From positions 3,943,993 to 4,007,992 of the forward strand of contig NC_068987.1 in the NCBI RefSeq assembly GCF_001194135.2: a stretch of DNA of 64,000 nucleotides. The letters are read 5' to 3'. This document shows positions 36,831 through 50,004 of the stretch, in pieces; the stretch's first letter is position 1, and every line of letters begins with the position of its first letter. Both the position numbers and the translations under genes were made by a program. This stretch comes from Octopus bimaculoides. Taxonomy: Eukaryota. Below the pieces are notes generated by a model. The model searched no databases, was not told the DNA's origin, and saw only the letters and a list, made by a program, of their open reading frames with translations.

Positions 36831-37898
36831 ATAAAATTCACACCATATATGATGATGCTGGTGTATACACATACAGAATCAATTGTACTCATATATCAAT
36901 ATATCCATCCATCCATCCATCCATACATGCATGCATATAAAAATAGTATTTCTGGAGAAAACTTGTCATTCCAGCATTTGTCATTCCAGATTACCAGTTC
37001 CGTTTTGCAATATTTGGGATATTTTTATGTAAGTAGAGAATTTTATTTTTGTCGTACTTCGAACCCCTAACCCACAATCTGAGACAATGGCCCTTATTCA
37101 TACTAAGATCTTTGGATTTCGAATCATGCAGTATTATATCCACACATAAAGAGGACGATTTTGTTCACCCAAGTACATATCTGAAGCCCCTTTTTCTGAG
37201 CCCATATTTTTACATCTCACCCACCACCAAACCTCCTTGACCCTAATTCTCCTAAGTTATTCATCACAACTACATTGCAACAAAGTAAATGAAAAAGCTG
37301 TTTAAAATACTTGGCCCTGGAGAAACTCACCTCTACCTACTGGATGTTTTTTTCTTTTTTACCCATCACCACAATAATACTGGCAAGAAATCTGTAAGAA
37401 AAGTGAAAAATGCTTCCATACATTGCTCAGCCTGCAAGTTCTTCCTCTCTCAAGTTGCAGCCATTTATTCTAGTCTTTTGCTTTTTATTAAGAAGCTCTC
37501 TACCAAATGCACTCATACCTTGGTACTACAGACTAAAAGAGGAGAACATCGATCCGATGAAGCCAATTGTCTGTCTGCACCAGGCTCCAATCAGATCTGG
37601 CAATGTTTCTACAGCTGGATGTTGTGGGTGCTTTTTACATGCCACCTACATGGGGGCCAGTCAGTGGGTACTGATATTGGCAATGTTCGGATGGTACTTT
37701 TTACATGTCACCGAATTGAATTTTGCAATTAGCACCTTTATTATTGATTGACTTTTACTGATGATTAACAATTATTTGTTTACCTTTCGCTTTGAGTTGT
37801 AGGTCGTTTCACTTTTACTTGCCAGACAAAGTTTTAAATATCGTCACATTATGAATTTTGTTTCTGAATAATTAATTACCAAGTTTTCTTTTTCAGCT

Positions 37899-40800
37899 AT
37901 GATGAATTCAATATTTCATTTTACCCTGTTATGCATTTGGATGCTTTCTTTGACAACGGCATCAAATACAACCCTTCAAAACTTATTTAAACGGATGCCT
38001 TTTGACAAATACCTTATTGTGAAAAGCCCAGCTTTTCCGAGTCAGTCAGCAAGCAGCAGGCTGCAATGTAGTGCTCTTTGTGCCAGAAATAATTTCTGCA
38101 GATATTTTACATATGAAAGAAGCAATTCAAAATGTTCTTTGCTCCATTCCTGGAATGATACTCTTGCTGTTCAATCTTCGTCTGATTCACAAACTTATTA
38201 TTCTATTGATGAAGGTAAGACATAAGTTCAGCTATGTTAACCCTTTAGCATTCAGATTACTCAGTCAAATGTAATGCTTGTGTATTCACATCATTTTAAA
38301 TTAATCCTGCATTATTTCATAGCTTTGAGATTTCAATGATGTGATTGTTTTTTTTTTTTAAGGACACTGCAAAGTAGCCATGACAGTCCATATCTGACCA
38401 GTTTGATGATAAAACAGGTAGAATATTTAGGCTGGATATGCATTAGCGTAGCTAGAGTGTGTGCCACCAGGGGTGGCCCTTCCATTTGTCACCCCTGGAC
38501 TCCACAAAAGAACACATATTGCTTACAGCAGACCAAAAAGTGGTGCCCCTTTAAAAGTGCCACCCGAAGTGCCCAGTGCTACACTAGTGTGGATATGGCC
38601 GGTTTAAACACTAAATGGTTAAATTAATCTTAACTCTTTGCCTGTTCAGTGTATCACTTATGATATGCAGAACATATTTTCCTGGCTTTCTTATATCATA
38701 TATGATACACGGTCCCATTCTTTTTTTCAACCAGAAGAGTAACTTGGGTCTTATGCATAGAAAGCTTTATATTGCTCAAAACGTATGAAACGAGGACTTA
38801 CTAAAAATCTGAAAAGAAGCATGGAGATTTAGGAAGAACTTATGAAAATGCTTTGGACAGGCGAAGGTTTAAGCCAAGAGTAATATACAGAGGTGGCTGT
38901 TGTTGTTGTGCAGCCAGATGTGGTTGGTTTCAGAAATAATGATGCTGTATCCTTATGCAAGATCTGACTGGTTGCTTGTATTATAAATAAAGTCAAACTC
39001 ACGAATGTTCATCAACCAGTGTTTTAAATCCAGGTTTTGTCCCTATTAATGAGGGTGGCCGGATCTACCTCAATGCCATAGCAACTGAGGTAGGCAGGTG
39101 CAGCCCATTCCAACCTTTGGGCTGGCTGGTGCCCATTCTCCCTTGCTATCACCAGAGTTTTTGGAGCTGGATTTTCTACGGGGAACATGCCCTTGCTTAC
39201 CCCCAACCTCAGTTTCTAGACATGAGTGGTCCCAAGACCAAGGCCTCTATCACAATTTTTAAGAAATGTGGTGGAAAACTAGCTCAGGAAGGCAGGGACG
39301 CTACTCCCTGAGACCCCTTCCACAGTCCCCCTCCCCTCCATCGTTGTTGGGCAGGAAGTACATATAAATACACAAATTACCAGAGATTATCACCAATTTA
39401 TTGGTTATCAGAATAGAAAGGATAAATAATTTACTGTGATAGTTTCAACATTTGCTATCTGGAAGAGGAAAATGTAGATACAATAGACATTGTGGAAGCT
39501 TGGAGAAAACAGTCCTGTGTGTTGTTGAAAGCAAGCTGTGATCTGCTGTGCCCTGTCTTGGTTGAATACTAGCAGTGGTCTTCTATGAGTTAGGTACCAA
39601 ACTGTTTAACTAGGGTAAAAGGGCATGAATTTTGAGAACATTCAAGAAGCCATATCTCGCCATAATTTTAATGCTGGTTGGCTGATTTATAGAACAATCA
39701 CATGAAACTGTATCCAGTGCAAAAGGTTTACTGGGACAGAAGCCCCTATTACTGACATACTAAAACGGTTAATATTGTAGTTAATTAGGTGTTTCATGAT
39801 GTCTCTGTTTTAAGTATGATGTGGAGATTGCTATTTTAAACTCCTACTGCTTCTGTTGCTCATAACAAATTTTCACTGTGTATACAATTTAATCTGATAC
39901 AATTTAATTTCCCTCCTTTACACCTATAAGTTCATTGGTATCAATTCTCCAGAATTAGGAAATTGGTTAATTAATTTAGACTGATCTCTAATCTCTTTTA
40001 TTCTTCACAATATTAAAAAAACAACAACATGACAACATATATTTTTCTTCAGTTTCTTTAGAATTTGATGTTGCTTTACTTTCACTTTACTTTCACATTC
40101 ATTGTGTTTAGGTAACATCTGGAACATGATTTACTTTGTAAAAAGTGATGTGAATATCAACGTAACTACAAGTTTTTCTGAAGGTGGAATATCCGGTTGT
40201 CAGTCTCCAGTTGTTAATTCAAAGGTCGATGTAGCATCACAAACCACAGAAGAAAATGATAAATGTTCGAACTACTATCGAAGCAACCTGATTGATATTT
40301 GGAACAACCTGCCAATTGCAAAGGTATTTTCTTACTTTGAGTTTATTTCGAGCATTGGGCCTCACGGAGGCAACGACCAAGTCCTTTGGCATTTTATCAT
40401 ACTTGAGAAGAAGACCCATCAAGCTGAGTAAAATCACTGTCATAGCAGATGCTGGTGTCACGCAAATGGCACCCATGCTGGTGGCATGCAAAAGCACCCA
40501 TTACACTCTCAGAGTGGTTGGTGTTAGGAAGAGCATCTTGCTGTAGAAAACCATGCCAAATCAGATTGGAGTCTGGTGCAGCCTTCCAGCTTACCAGCCC
40601 CGGTCAAACCGTCCAACCCATTCCAGCATGGACAATGGATGTTAAAGGATGATGATAATGATGATGATGAAATGAATGAAATTTACAAGTTTGGTGCTGC
40701 AAAGAGAAAGCTTTGAATGTTTTTTTTTGTTTCTTTTCAGGGACAGAATGAGTTACAATCTGTCTTTTAGGAGAATATAGGACTTCATTGTCTAATGTCT

Positions 40801-43800
40801 CATTTACTGGGGCTTGTGCCTTCGGAGAGTAACTTCCTAGATGCAATCCCATGGTCATTCATGACCGAAGGGGTTCTTACCTTTTACCCTATGCACATGC
40901 AATGATGTTGAAAGGGGAGACAGGTATGCATAGGCTGGTCTTCCATAAACAACCTTCCTTGGACTTGTGCCTCAGAGGGGAACTTTCTTGGTGCAATCCC
41001 ATGGTCATTCATGACCGAAGGGGGGATCTTTTTTTTAACTTCAAGTTCCACAATTAAGAATGTCCAATTTCATGTTTCTCAGACTTTCTAAGTTCTCATG
41101 ATATAAACTGCTGCAGGCCTTGGAAACAATTCAAACTTTGTACGAGTCCATACCTCATAGAATTCAAGCTGTAATTACTGCCAAAAGCAGTCCTACCTGA
41201 TATTAAAATAAATTTGTTTGAAATTTTAATGTGTTTCCATTATTTTGTCCAACCTCCGTATATATTGTAAATTGTATTTGTTTTTCTATTTACCACATTT
41301 TGCAGGTAAAACTGGTTATAAAGAAAGATTCAGAAGTGGCTGTGTCGTTAGTATTTGATGGACGTGATTCAACAAAGCAGTCCTGGTTTGATGTCAGTAA
41401 AATTGTCGACAGTCCATGGCCTTTTGAGGCTAACAACACAAGACTCCAATTTGCTATGAATAAGTATGTTCAATATTTAACTTTTGTCTCTTAGTTAAGT
41501 CTTCCTTTTTTTATTATAATTCTATTAATGGCTGGTAGGGACACCATATTTCATTTAGCAACCAAAATATATTACCAAGTATACTAAAGGTTTATAAGTC
41601 AATATTGTGTCCTGCCTGGGTTAGCAGTGCAATTCAATCACTTTTTAATGTTATCTTTACAGATTTTTTATGGAAATTAGAGCCAGCATTCAAAGTCATA
41701 ATGTTTCATCAAAGATAGAAAAATAGGTTCCTGCTGCCAGGAATTTGATTAATATGTAAAATTGGTGTATTCTTTTAAGATACACCATTAAATTTAATTG
41801 TTATTTGAGCAATGTGTTCGTGGATGGTTAATGGGTTGGATGTGGAACTGAAGAAACAGCAATAACTCCTGAAATGTGCATATACACCTAATACCTATTT
41901 TTTTCTATCTTCGATCACATTACTTGTTTCAGTGATTGGACTGTGGCTATGCTGGGGCACTGCCTTGAAGGGTTTTAGTTGAACAAATCCACCCCAGTAC
42001 TTATTTTTTAAGCTTGATACTTATTCTAGAAACCCAGCAGAACTAAAAAGAAGACCTGTCAAAAGGATAGATGAACCTAGGTCCAACGACTGTCTATCAA
42101 AAGCATGGAACCTCAGGGATTCCAGGTTGGAGTCTGGTATACCGGAAGATTTCTGGGAGAGAGCTACCTCTTAGCCTTTGTTAAAACATGTCTCAAGGAG
42201 AAAGTCACTTTGATATAAAACCAGAATGGCATTGAACATTTTGGAGACCTGCTGCTTGTGCTTGAGATCATGGAACTCCCACATTCCTGAGCCTGTGACC
42301 CACATTGGCACTGAATCTTGCACTGGTTTGTCTCTGGATCATGTCAGTAGGGTCGAGCTGATCTGTGAGGTGGCGCTTGTGACAGAACCACATATAAATA
42401 CCTGTACTGGTGCCATGTAAAAGCACTGATGCTGGTGCCACATAAAAAGCACCCAGTACACTCTGTGAAGTATTTGGCATTAGGAAGGGCTTCCAGCTGT
42501 AGAAACCAGGCCAAAATAAACAATTGGAATTTGGCCAGCTCCTAGCAAACCGTCCAACCCATGCCAGCATGGAAAAAGATACTAAATTATGATGATGATG
42601 ATGGTAATTTATGCTTGCATTTTCTATAAACCGTTTCTCTTTAAATTCTAGGTTCACATTTGTTTATGCAATAAAGAAAGAGGAAAAAGCATTTTGGATG
42701 ACTATATCAACTATACATCAAGATCTTAAATTACTTTCACCAGTTATTCTGTTTTCAAACACAACAACATTTTCCTATTCTACTGATGGTAATGGCAGTC
42801 TTTTACTCCATTTATATAAGAATGACCTCTGTAAATATGTGTGTGTTTGTATGTGTGCTTGTGCGCGTGCACGTGTGTGTGTGTGTGTGCGTAGGTGTGT
42901 GTGTGTCCATGTCCATGTGGATGTACTTGCATATCTCAGCACACGCATGTGTTTATGAAAGACCATGGCCTTTGTGTATAATATTTACAATATTTTGTGT
43001 ATAGTATCTGCATTCTAGTTATGGCCCTTTGAGATTGTAAATCCTGAAGCAACATTTTCAGCTGTTTTATCTCCTGATAATTGTAATTTTGACATTTTGC
43101 AGTTCTATTCTGTTCTTATATCAATGATTTTGACTAGCGACTGAGACCTTTGGCGATATGCTGTGCTTGAGAAGACCCAGCAAGCCAAATGAGATCATAC
43201 CCGTGGCTGATGCCAGTGTCGCGTAACCGGCCCATTTCAAAGTTCCTTTCAGTCATCGGACAATATGCGGTGCTTGAGAAGACTAATTGAGTCAAGTGAA
43301 TTTGTTGTCGGGGCCAAAGCTAGTGCTTCCTGACCGGCACCTGTGCTGGTGGCACGTAAAAGCACCCACTACACTCTCAGAGTGGTTGGCATTAGGAAGG
43401 GCATCCAGCTGTAGAAACCTTGCCAGATCAGATTGGAGCCTGGTGCAGTCTCCTGGATAGCCAGTCCTCAGTCAAACCGTCCAACCCATGCCAGCATGGC
43501 ACTAAGCACATTTGGATAGTGCTTTTTTACGTGCCACCAGCATGGTAGCCAAACAGTGGCCCTGGCATCGGGTGCTTTTTACATGCCACCAGCATGAGAG
43601 CCAGTCAGACGGTCCTGGCATATGTGTGTACATATGTGCATCTGTCCCTTTGCTGTTTGATAGCTGATGTTGGTTTGTTTATGTCCTTGTAACTCAGTGG
43701 CTTGATAAAAGAGATGACTAAACTAATTACTGTAGGCACAAGGTCCTTTTCTTATTGAAAGGATAAAAGACAAATCCAGCCTCAGGAGGATTTGAAACCA

Positions 43801-44329
43801 GAACATAAAAAGCTGGAAGAAATGCCGTCAAGCATTTCATCTGGCACCATAATGATCCTGCCAATGTCAGCAAGCAGTGAGAAATAACAGATTAAGCTGC
43901 ATTTGTTAAAACCAGATCATCCCTGCTTGGAGAGATCTACGGTTCCAGTCATGACCATCTGGCTTTTTTATGTACTCAGTATATTCATAAACGAATGTGT
44001 AGTTTCCTATTTTTTTAAAATTTCCTTAGACAGTAGAGTGTAATGTAAGAGAATTAACTGCTACTTCTAGCAGATCAAGTGACCATAGAGAAGTTCCCCC
44101 ATCATTGTCTTGGAAGGAGATACTATTGCAGTGATGTCACGCATGAATGAAAATTTAACTGAGTTGTATAGCAATTTATATAAAGTGTTATTGATAACAA
44201 CTTCTTAATTTTGCAGGAATTCTAGGAGACTCCCTTACTATTTATGTCAGCTTTGAAAAACAGCCAGCCTCAACCTCAGATAAATCAGAAACTGTAGACA
44301 GAGAAAGATCATCAGTGAAGTCAAAATAG
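37899..44329 (+). CDS. Secreted PAN/Apple-domain protein with an uncharacterised C-terminal domain, 311 aa. Exons 37899-38214, 40112-40323, 41306-41463, 42652-42788, 44217-44329
   Basis: Phases 1,0,2,1 are consistent with GT-AG introns; total 936 nt ending in TAG. Hydrophobic N-terminus (MMNSIFHFTLLCIWMLSLTTA). PAN-type cysteine spacing C-x3-C-x5-C-x11-C (CSALCARNNFCRYFTYERSNSKC). An acceptor at 37895-37896 just before the ATG implies an upstream UTR exon. Confidence 0.82.
38241..38620. mobile_element. Second TTAA-flanked MITE family (CCCTTTAGCATTC...)
   Basis: TTAA-CCCTTTAGCATT ... CTAAATGG-TTAA. A related copy at about 9409-10135 is split by the hammerhead SINE pair. Confidence 0.6.
41110..41258 (+). 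mobile_element. Tc1-like transposon 3' end
   Basis: ETIQTLYESIPHRIQAVITAKSSPT* (cf. ...SMPRRIQAVIAAKGGPTKY) followed by TIR TCCATTATTTTGTCCAACCTCCG and TA. Confidence 0.7.
43135..43500 (+). mobile_element. RTE-tailed SINE-like repeat (representative; many copies, e.g. 15585-15960, 20960-21150, 40395-40670, 42400-42605, 47785-47940, 51640-52070, 56440-56625, 57070-57240, 60860-61010)
   Basis: Shares GGCATTAGGAAGGGCATCCAGCTGTAGAAACC...CCAACCCATGCCAGCATGG with the 3' end of the RTE fragment at 27178-27317. Confidence 0.75.
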
Positions 44330-44383
44330 GATGATTGAAGAGTATGGCCACCGCCAAGCTGAGATAAAACAAATTATCTACGC

Positions 44384-44959
44384 CAGTGTTTCTCAACCAG
44401 TTTTTATTTATGAACCCCTTTGGGTACTTTTTTTACTCTGGTGGACCCCACTGCCCCATAGCCATTTGATGCTTAGAAACAAGTTTTACAGTGATTTTTT
44501 TCAAAATTCCTATTTGGTTTTCACCCATTCACTTGCGTAGGTTAGCATTAGCACTCTCTGACAGAACACGTTTCAGTGACCGGAAACAAGTTAACCCTTT
44601 CGTTACCAACCTACCTGAAACTGCTTCTGGCTCTGAGTACAAATGTCTTGTTTTCATAAGTTCTGAATTAAAATCTTCCACCAGACCTTAATCACAATTT
44701 ATGTTCCTAACACTAGCTGAATGATAACTAAGTTATTTTACTAAATTATTTGTTATATTTAAAAGTAATTGAAAAAAAGAAAAAAACACATACAGAGCCT
44801 CTTAAAATAAATACTGTAATGAAAGGGTTAATCTATGTAAAAGAAATCTGTTTCTTGCAATAAAGACATCATGTGAAATGAAATTTTTTTATGAATCCTT
44901 AAAATACTACTGTAGATCCCCAATTTACTGCTTATAGGGTCCCTGGTTGAGAACCACTG
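44384..44959. mobile_element. hAT MITE with a nested piggyBac-type MITE (44595-44827)
   Basis: Outer TIRs CAGTGTTTCTCAACCAG / CTGGTTGAGAACCACTG with TSD ATCTACGC / ATCTAGGC. The inner element runs CCCTTTC...GAAAGGG and is flanked by TTAA. Confidence 0.75.
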
Positions 44960-45598
44960 ATCTAGGCACTTTATAATCTGCAGGTTCCTCAAAATCGTTA
45001 TGCTTTCTCCAAACATTCTGGTGTAATTTTTTTTTTTTATTAAGAGGTCGCCAAACCTTGTGTAACTTAAAACCTTTTCACTAAACCTAAATCTTGCACT
45101 GACACAACCCATGCAAACATGGGTTTTGCTCTTCTTTTCAATAAAATTTATTGAATTTTTTAATGCTTTCTCAGTGTTTGTTGACTGATTAAATATTGAT
45201 TGTTGTCTGGAATTTTAATTTTGCTGTTTTGAATAAATATTTGGTAATCAAACCTCTTAGTACTTAAACTGGTTGTATTAGGGAGATAAATGATATCTCA
45301 TCATCAGAGATGAGTTAAGAGAGTTTCACTTGAAGGAATTAGTAGAGTTCATTATATAAGACATTTCCTTTTTCCTCCCCTAATCCTTTTGATAACCACC
45401 CATGAACAAAGCTGGAAAACTATAGGACTACACTAATTTCATCTGTTAATTACAGACTCGTCAACAGTGTCCACCCCCATTGCTCAGTTGGTTCAGCTAA
45501 AACCATCTGTCAATTTATATATTTACCATGTAAATTCATGGCTGATTTAGTGAAATGCTAATGTGTATACTAAAAATGAATATAAGCTGCTTATAGTA

Positions 45599-45633
<35 letters not shown>

Positions 45634-47544
45634 TACACACACACATATATATGTGTGTGTGTGAGAATGAATGGACAAACAAAAGAAAAAAAGACACTCG
45701 ACATATTTAGTAGGAGTTATGTTATTATTTAAAACAGTTTGATTCAGTTCCATGTGACTTAAAGTTTCGCAGGCTCCTGACAGAAACACAGCTCATTCAG
45801 GCTCAGATTATTTAGCACCTTCATCCCTCAAAGGGATGAAATCACTAAATATATAATTTTTATCCAAATCCTGAAGGCACCCTTTTTCTTAATATATATA
45901 AAATCTGCACACCACTTCAAACAATCTTTAAACACATGGACATGGATATATAGGCACACTCACACATNNNNNNNNNNNNNNNNNNNNNNNNNNNNNNNNN
46001 NNNNNNNNNNNNNNNNNNNNNNNNNNNNNNNNNNNNNNNNNNNNNNNNNNNNNNNNNNNNNNNNNNNNNNNNNNNNNNNNNNNNNNNNNNNNNNNNNNNN
46101 NNNNNNNNNNNNNNNNNNNNNNNNNNNNNNNNNNNNNNNNNNNNNNNNNNNNNNNNNNNNNNNNNNNNNNNNNNNNNNNNNNNNNNNNNNNNNNNNNNNN
46201 NNNNNNNNNNNNNNNNNNNNNNNNNNNNNNNNNNNNNNNNNNNNNNNNNNNNNNNNNNNNNNNNNNNNNNNNNNNNNNNNNNNNNNNNNNNNNNNNNNNN
46301 NNNNNNNNNNNNNNNNNNNNNNNNNNNNNNNNNNNNNNNNNNNNNNNNNNNNNNNNNNGAACATAAAACCAGAAAAAATTCTGTCAAACATTTCGCCTGT
46401 CATGCTAACTATTCTGCCATCTTGCCGTTCGTCCTCACTCACACAAGAAAAGAAAACACAGCAACAAATTTGTTTTATTTAAAATTAAATTTAATTCTTA
46501 ATGAAAAAATTATATTTAAAAAAAAATGTCTTCCTTTGATGATAAAATTATTTAATTTCCTGTGACAAGAAGAAAAGAAATTTTCTCCATCATTGTCATC
46601 ATCATTATTATTATGAACCTGTTCCCTTTAATAAAAATGATTGTTATGAAGTGTCGGTGGGGTGCGATATGAATAAATAAATGATTACGTTTCAAAAGGA
46701 ATAATAGTAGCAATAGTAGTAGTAGTAGTAGCAGCAGTAGTAGTCATAGTGGTAGTAGTAGTAGTAATAATAATAGTAGCAAACACCATCATAGAGGTGG
46801 TTAAGTTTCAGCAGCTGTACATGATTGGCAGGAGGAAAAAAACTTGTCTAAGAGAGCTATCAGTGGTTCATTATTATTTTTTTTTTTTGTCTTTTAAAAT
46901 TCTTGGCTTTCAATGTATTTCTCGTTTACCATTCCATGTTTGAATTCATTATCACATAGCAATCAAACCAAATGATTATTCAACCATTCCAAGAAGCCGA
47001 ATGCTTTTCCTTTTCTTTTGCTTTTTTTTCCGTGTGTAAAGTCAGTCGGTCACATGTTATGTTCCAAAAAAAAAAAATGATTCTTTGATTCAGAAAATGG
47101 TTTAAAAAAAAAAAAAAGCAACTAAAAATCCATTTTACTAAAATAAATAAATAAAAGTAATGACTTCTGTTTGTGACTAGAGATGAAATGCCTAACCATC
47201 GGTGGAGGAGGGATGTAAGTCAATTGAATGAAAAACCAGTATATTACTGGTATCTGTTGTAGGTAACCCATACAGAAATGACAGTCAATGTTGAGCCTGG
47301 AAACTAGAGGGATGGAACTAAGTACTTAATCCATTACTCTCTTGTATCAACATCACGGTCATTCTAATATTGTCTGTCCACTCAAAGGACAAAATCACTT
47401 GTTGAAATCATTATAATTATTATTATTGCTGTACTGGATTTTTTTTTTGTTTGTTGGTATGCAGTCATTATAATAATTATAATAATTATTAGTATTATTA
47501 TTGTTATCTCTCCATTCAGCTTCACTAAAACTAATAATTCCTCT

Positions 47545-49260
47545 TCACTCTACAGACAAATACTTCAATGCTTTTATGCCATATTTTCGATACAAGTCTC
47601 TTTGAAATTCTCCTTTTAAAACTTTTAAACATCTGGAAAAAAAAGAAAAAAAAAATCCTAATTAAAACATTGTTTATCATCAATATATTTAATTACAAAG
47701 ACAATTGTTAATTTGCAAAACTCAATTCTGGAAAACACATCATTATGATCATTGTTCAACATTCCTTCTTTGATACTGGCATAAGTTGGATGGTTTGACA
47801 GGAGCTGACGGGGCCAGAACCACTGTGCCCGGCTCCACTGTCTGCTTTGGTGTGATTTCTACAGCTGGATGCCCTTCCTTATGCCAACCACTTTACAGAA
47901 TGTATTGGGTGCTTTTTTTATGTGGCACTAGCAACAAGGAAGTCACAAAAGTAACTTGCATGACAAAACTTTTCAAGTGAAGGGAGTGGCGTATTGAGAG
48001 AGGTGGCTTTATGCCAGGTGATTGAGGTGTTAGAGTGTGACAGAGAGACAAGAGACAGAAACAGGTGTCTTGCTGTAGAGAAGATACAAGGCTGCCCCAG
48101 CTGGAAAGAGAGAAAGGATGGGGAGGTGTTGGGGCATAAACTCAACATACAGGAAGGTGAATATAAGAGAAGTGGCCCAGAGGATTGGAGAAGGTGAGTG
48201 GGTAGGGAAGTAAATTTGTGAGATCGTAAGAGGAGAGTAACAGATGGATAGAGGTTCGGGGTAATGGTGTATGTTGTAGATAGAGAACACAGGTGGAGCC
48301 ATGGTCAATCGGGAATTTCAGTTGGAAGGGAAGATGGACAATAAGACTATTACTGTACATCAAGCAGGCTAACATCAGCTGTTGACCAGCTGATGGTTAT
48401 TTAGATAAGAAAGGAAGACCTTTTGAAGTACAACGGTTGTAACATGAGGGCTGAGAATGAAATGTGGCAGGAGAGCCAGTCAGATGAAATATGAAGCAAC
48501 GCTAAAAATGTTGGGGTCAAAAACATGTCAGTGACCAGAGAGAAGCTTTAAGGGAAATGCTGAGTATGATAGAGGTGGAACGGGAAGCTGGTTGGTTGGC
48601 AGTTGGAAAACAGTTTGTTAGAAGCTACAGGTGTATGGATGGAGAAAAGGATCAGCAAGACAATCAGGAATGTGATGGCAGTGGGATGATAAAGAAGAGA
48701 TCAGATGATGGCAGAACATGAGGGGTATGACAGAAGAGGTTGTGTGTGGAAATTAGAAGGGAACTAAACCAATCCATTTTTTGTTTCAAATGTGGTTTAT
48801 TAAACATGTCTTTCTCTTTTATATTTAGATTGCAGTAATTTGAGGGCAATCTGGTTGTTATTTTGAGTAGACCAAATGATCATATCCAAAACAAGGTCCA
48901 GTCTTTCTTGTCATGTGGTGGCTCAAGTGCCTCAATGACCTGGAGAGCTATGCCCATGGAGTGCAAGCTCTTGATAGGGCCTCCCATGCTGGACAGATCA
49001 AAGGATAGAGGCTAGGCTAAAATGGACGACCTCTTCCTACAAGTAAAAATGGGTTTGTGTAGGGCCAACATCCCAACGTAGAAAAAAAGCAAAGCTACAA
49101 AAGCATCAAGGATGAATAGAAACTACCAAAACCTGAGAGAGGGAAAGATGGCCCAGAATTGAGAACAATGGGGAGAAGTTGTGGATGGCCTGTACACCAT
49201 ATGAAAGGGAAGGGCCTTAATAAGGAAATAAATGGTTACACAGTGGTTTCCTGATGGAAT

Positions 49261-49298
<38 letters not shown>

Positions 49299-49971
49299 GA
49301 GAGAGAGAGATGTTCCTTCTTAGATGTAGGTATGGAAAATAAAAACAATTCAGTTAGAGGGTAACAAAATGGACAAACAGTAAAAGAAACTGTTCATTTC
49401 CAGCAATTACAAGGATTTGAAATTAGTTGTCTTACCTACGATATGTTGAACTAGAACGGAATTTGGCAATATCAAAACTAGGAGCATGAGGCATGTGGAT
49501 CATGAAAGCATTTGGCAGGACGATTAATTCATACCTGGCAAAGAAGTAGAAGAAAATACGATTAGATTTAAACAAACAAATGGTTATCATTATAACCATG
49601 AATATTGTCCCCATTGTTAACACCATGTCCAGCATAGCATCAAAACAGATCGAGATGGACTTATGCTCATAGAATTTATAAGATAAATGATTAGATATTC
49701 TTTTTAAAGAGGTTACTGCCAAAACTGGTGAGATCAGAGCAATATGGCTTGAATTGCTGAGTAAAGCAGTGGTTCTCAACTAGGGTCCACATGGCCCTTT
49801 GGGGACCCACATAAGATATCGCTGTTAAAATTTATCTGCATTAAACCCCTTATACACAAAATATTTCAACAATTTTACCCCAGTGTCACTTTGATGGCAT
49901 GCACTGCTCTCTCACTCAATAATAATAATAATCATAATAATAATAATAATGATAATGATTTCAAATTTTGG

Positions 49972-50004
<33 letters not shown>

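Noticed and set aside
36418-36940. Cluster of Y/I/C/V/M-rich ORFs
   Set aside because: Dinucleotide microsatellite artefacts.
43005-43140. Candidate fourth exon for the PAN gene
   Set aside because: Wrong phase gives an immediate stop and there is no good donor; exon 42652-42788 fits both phases.
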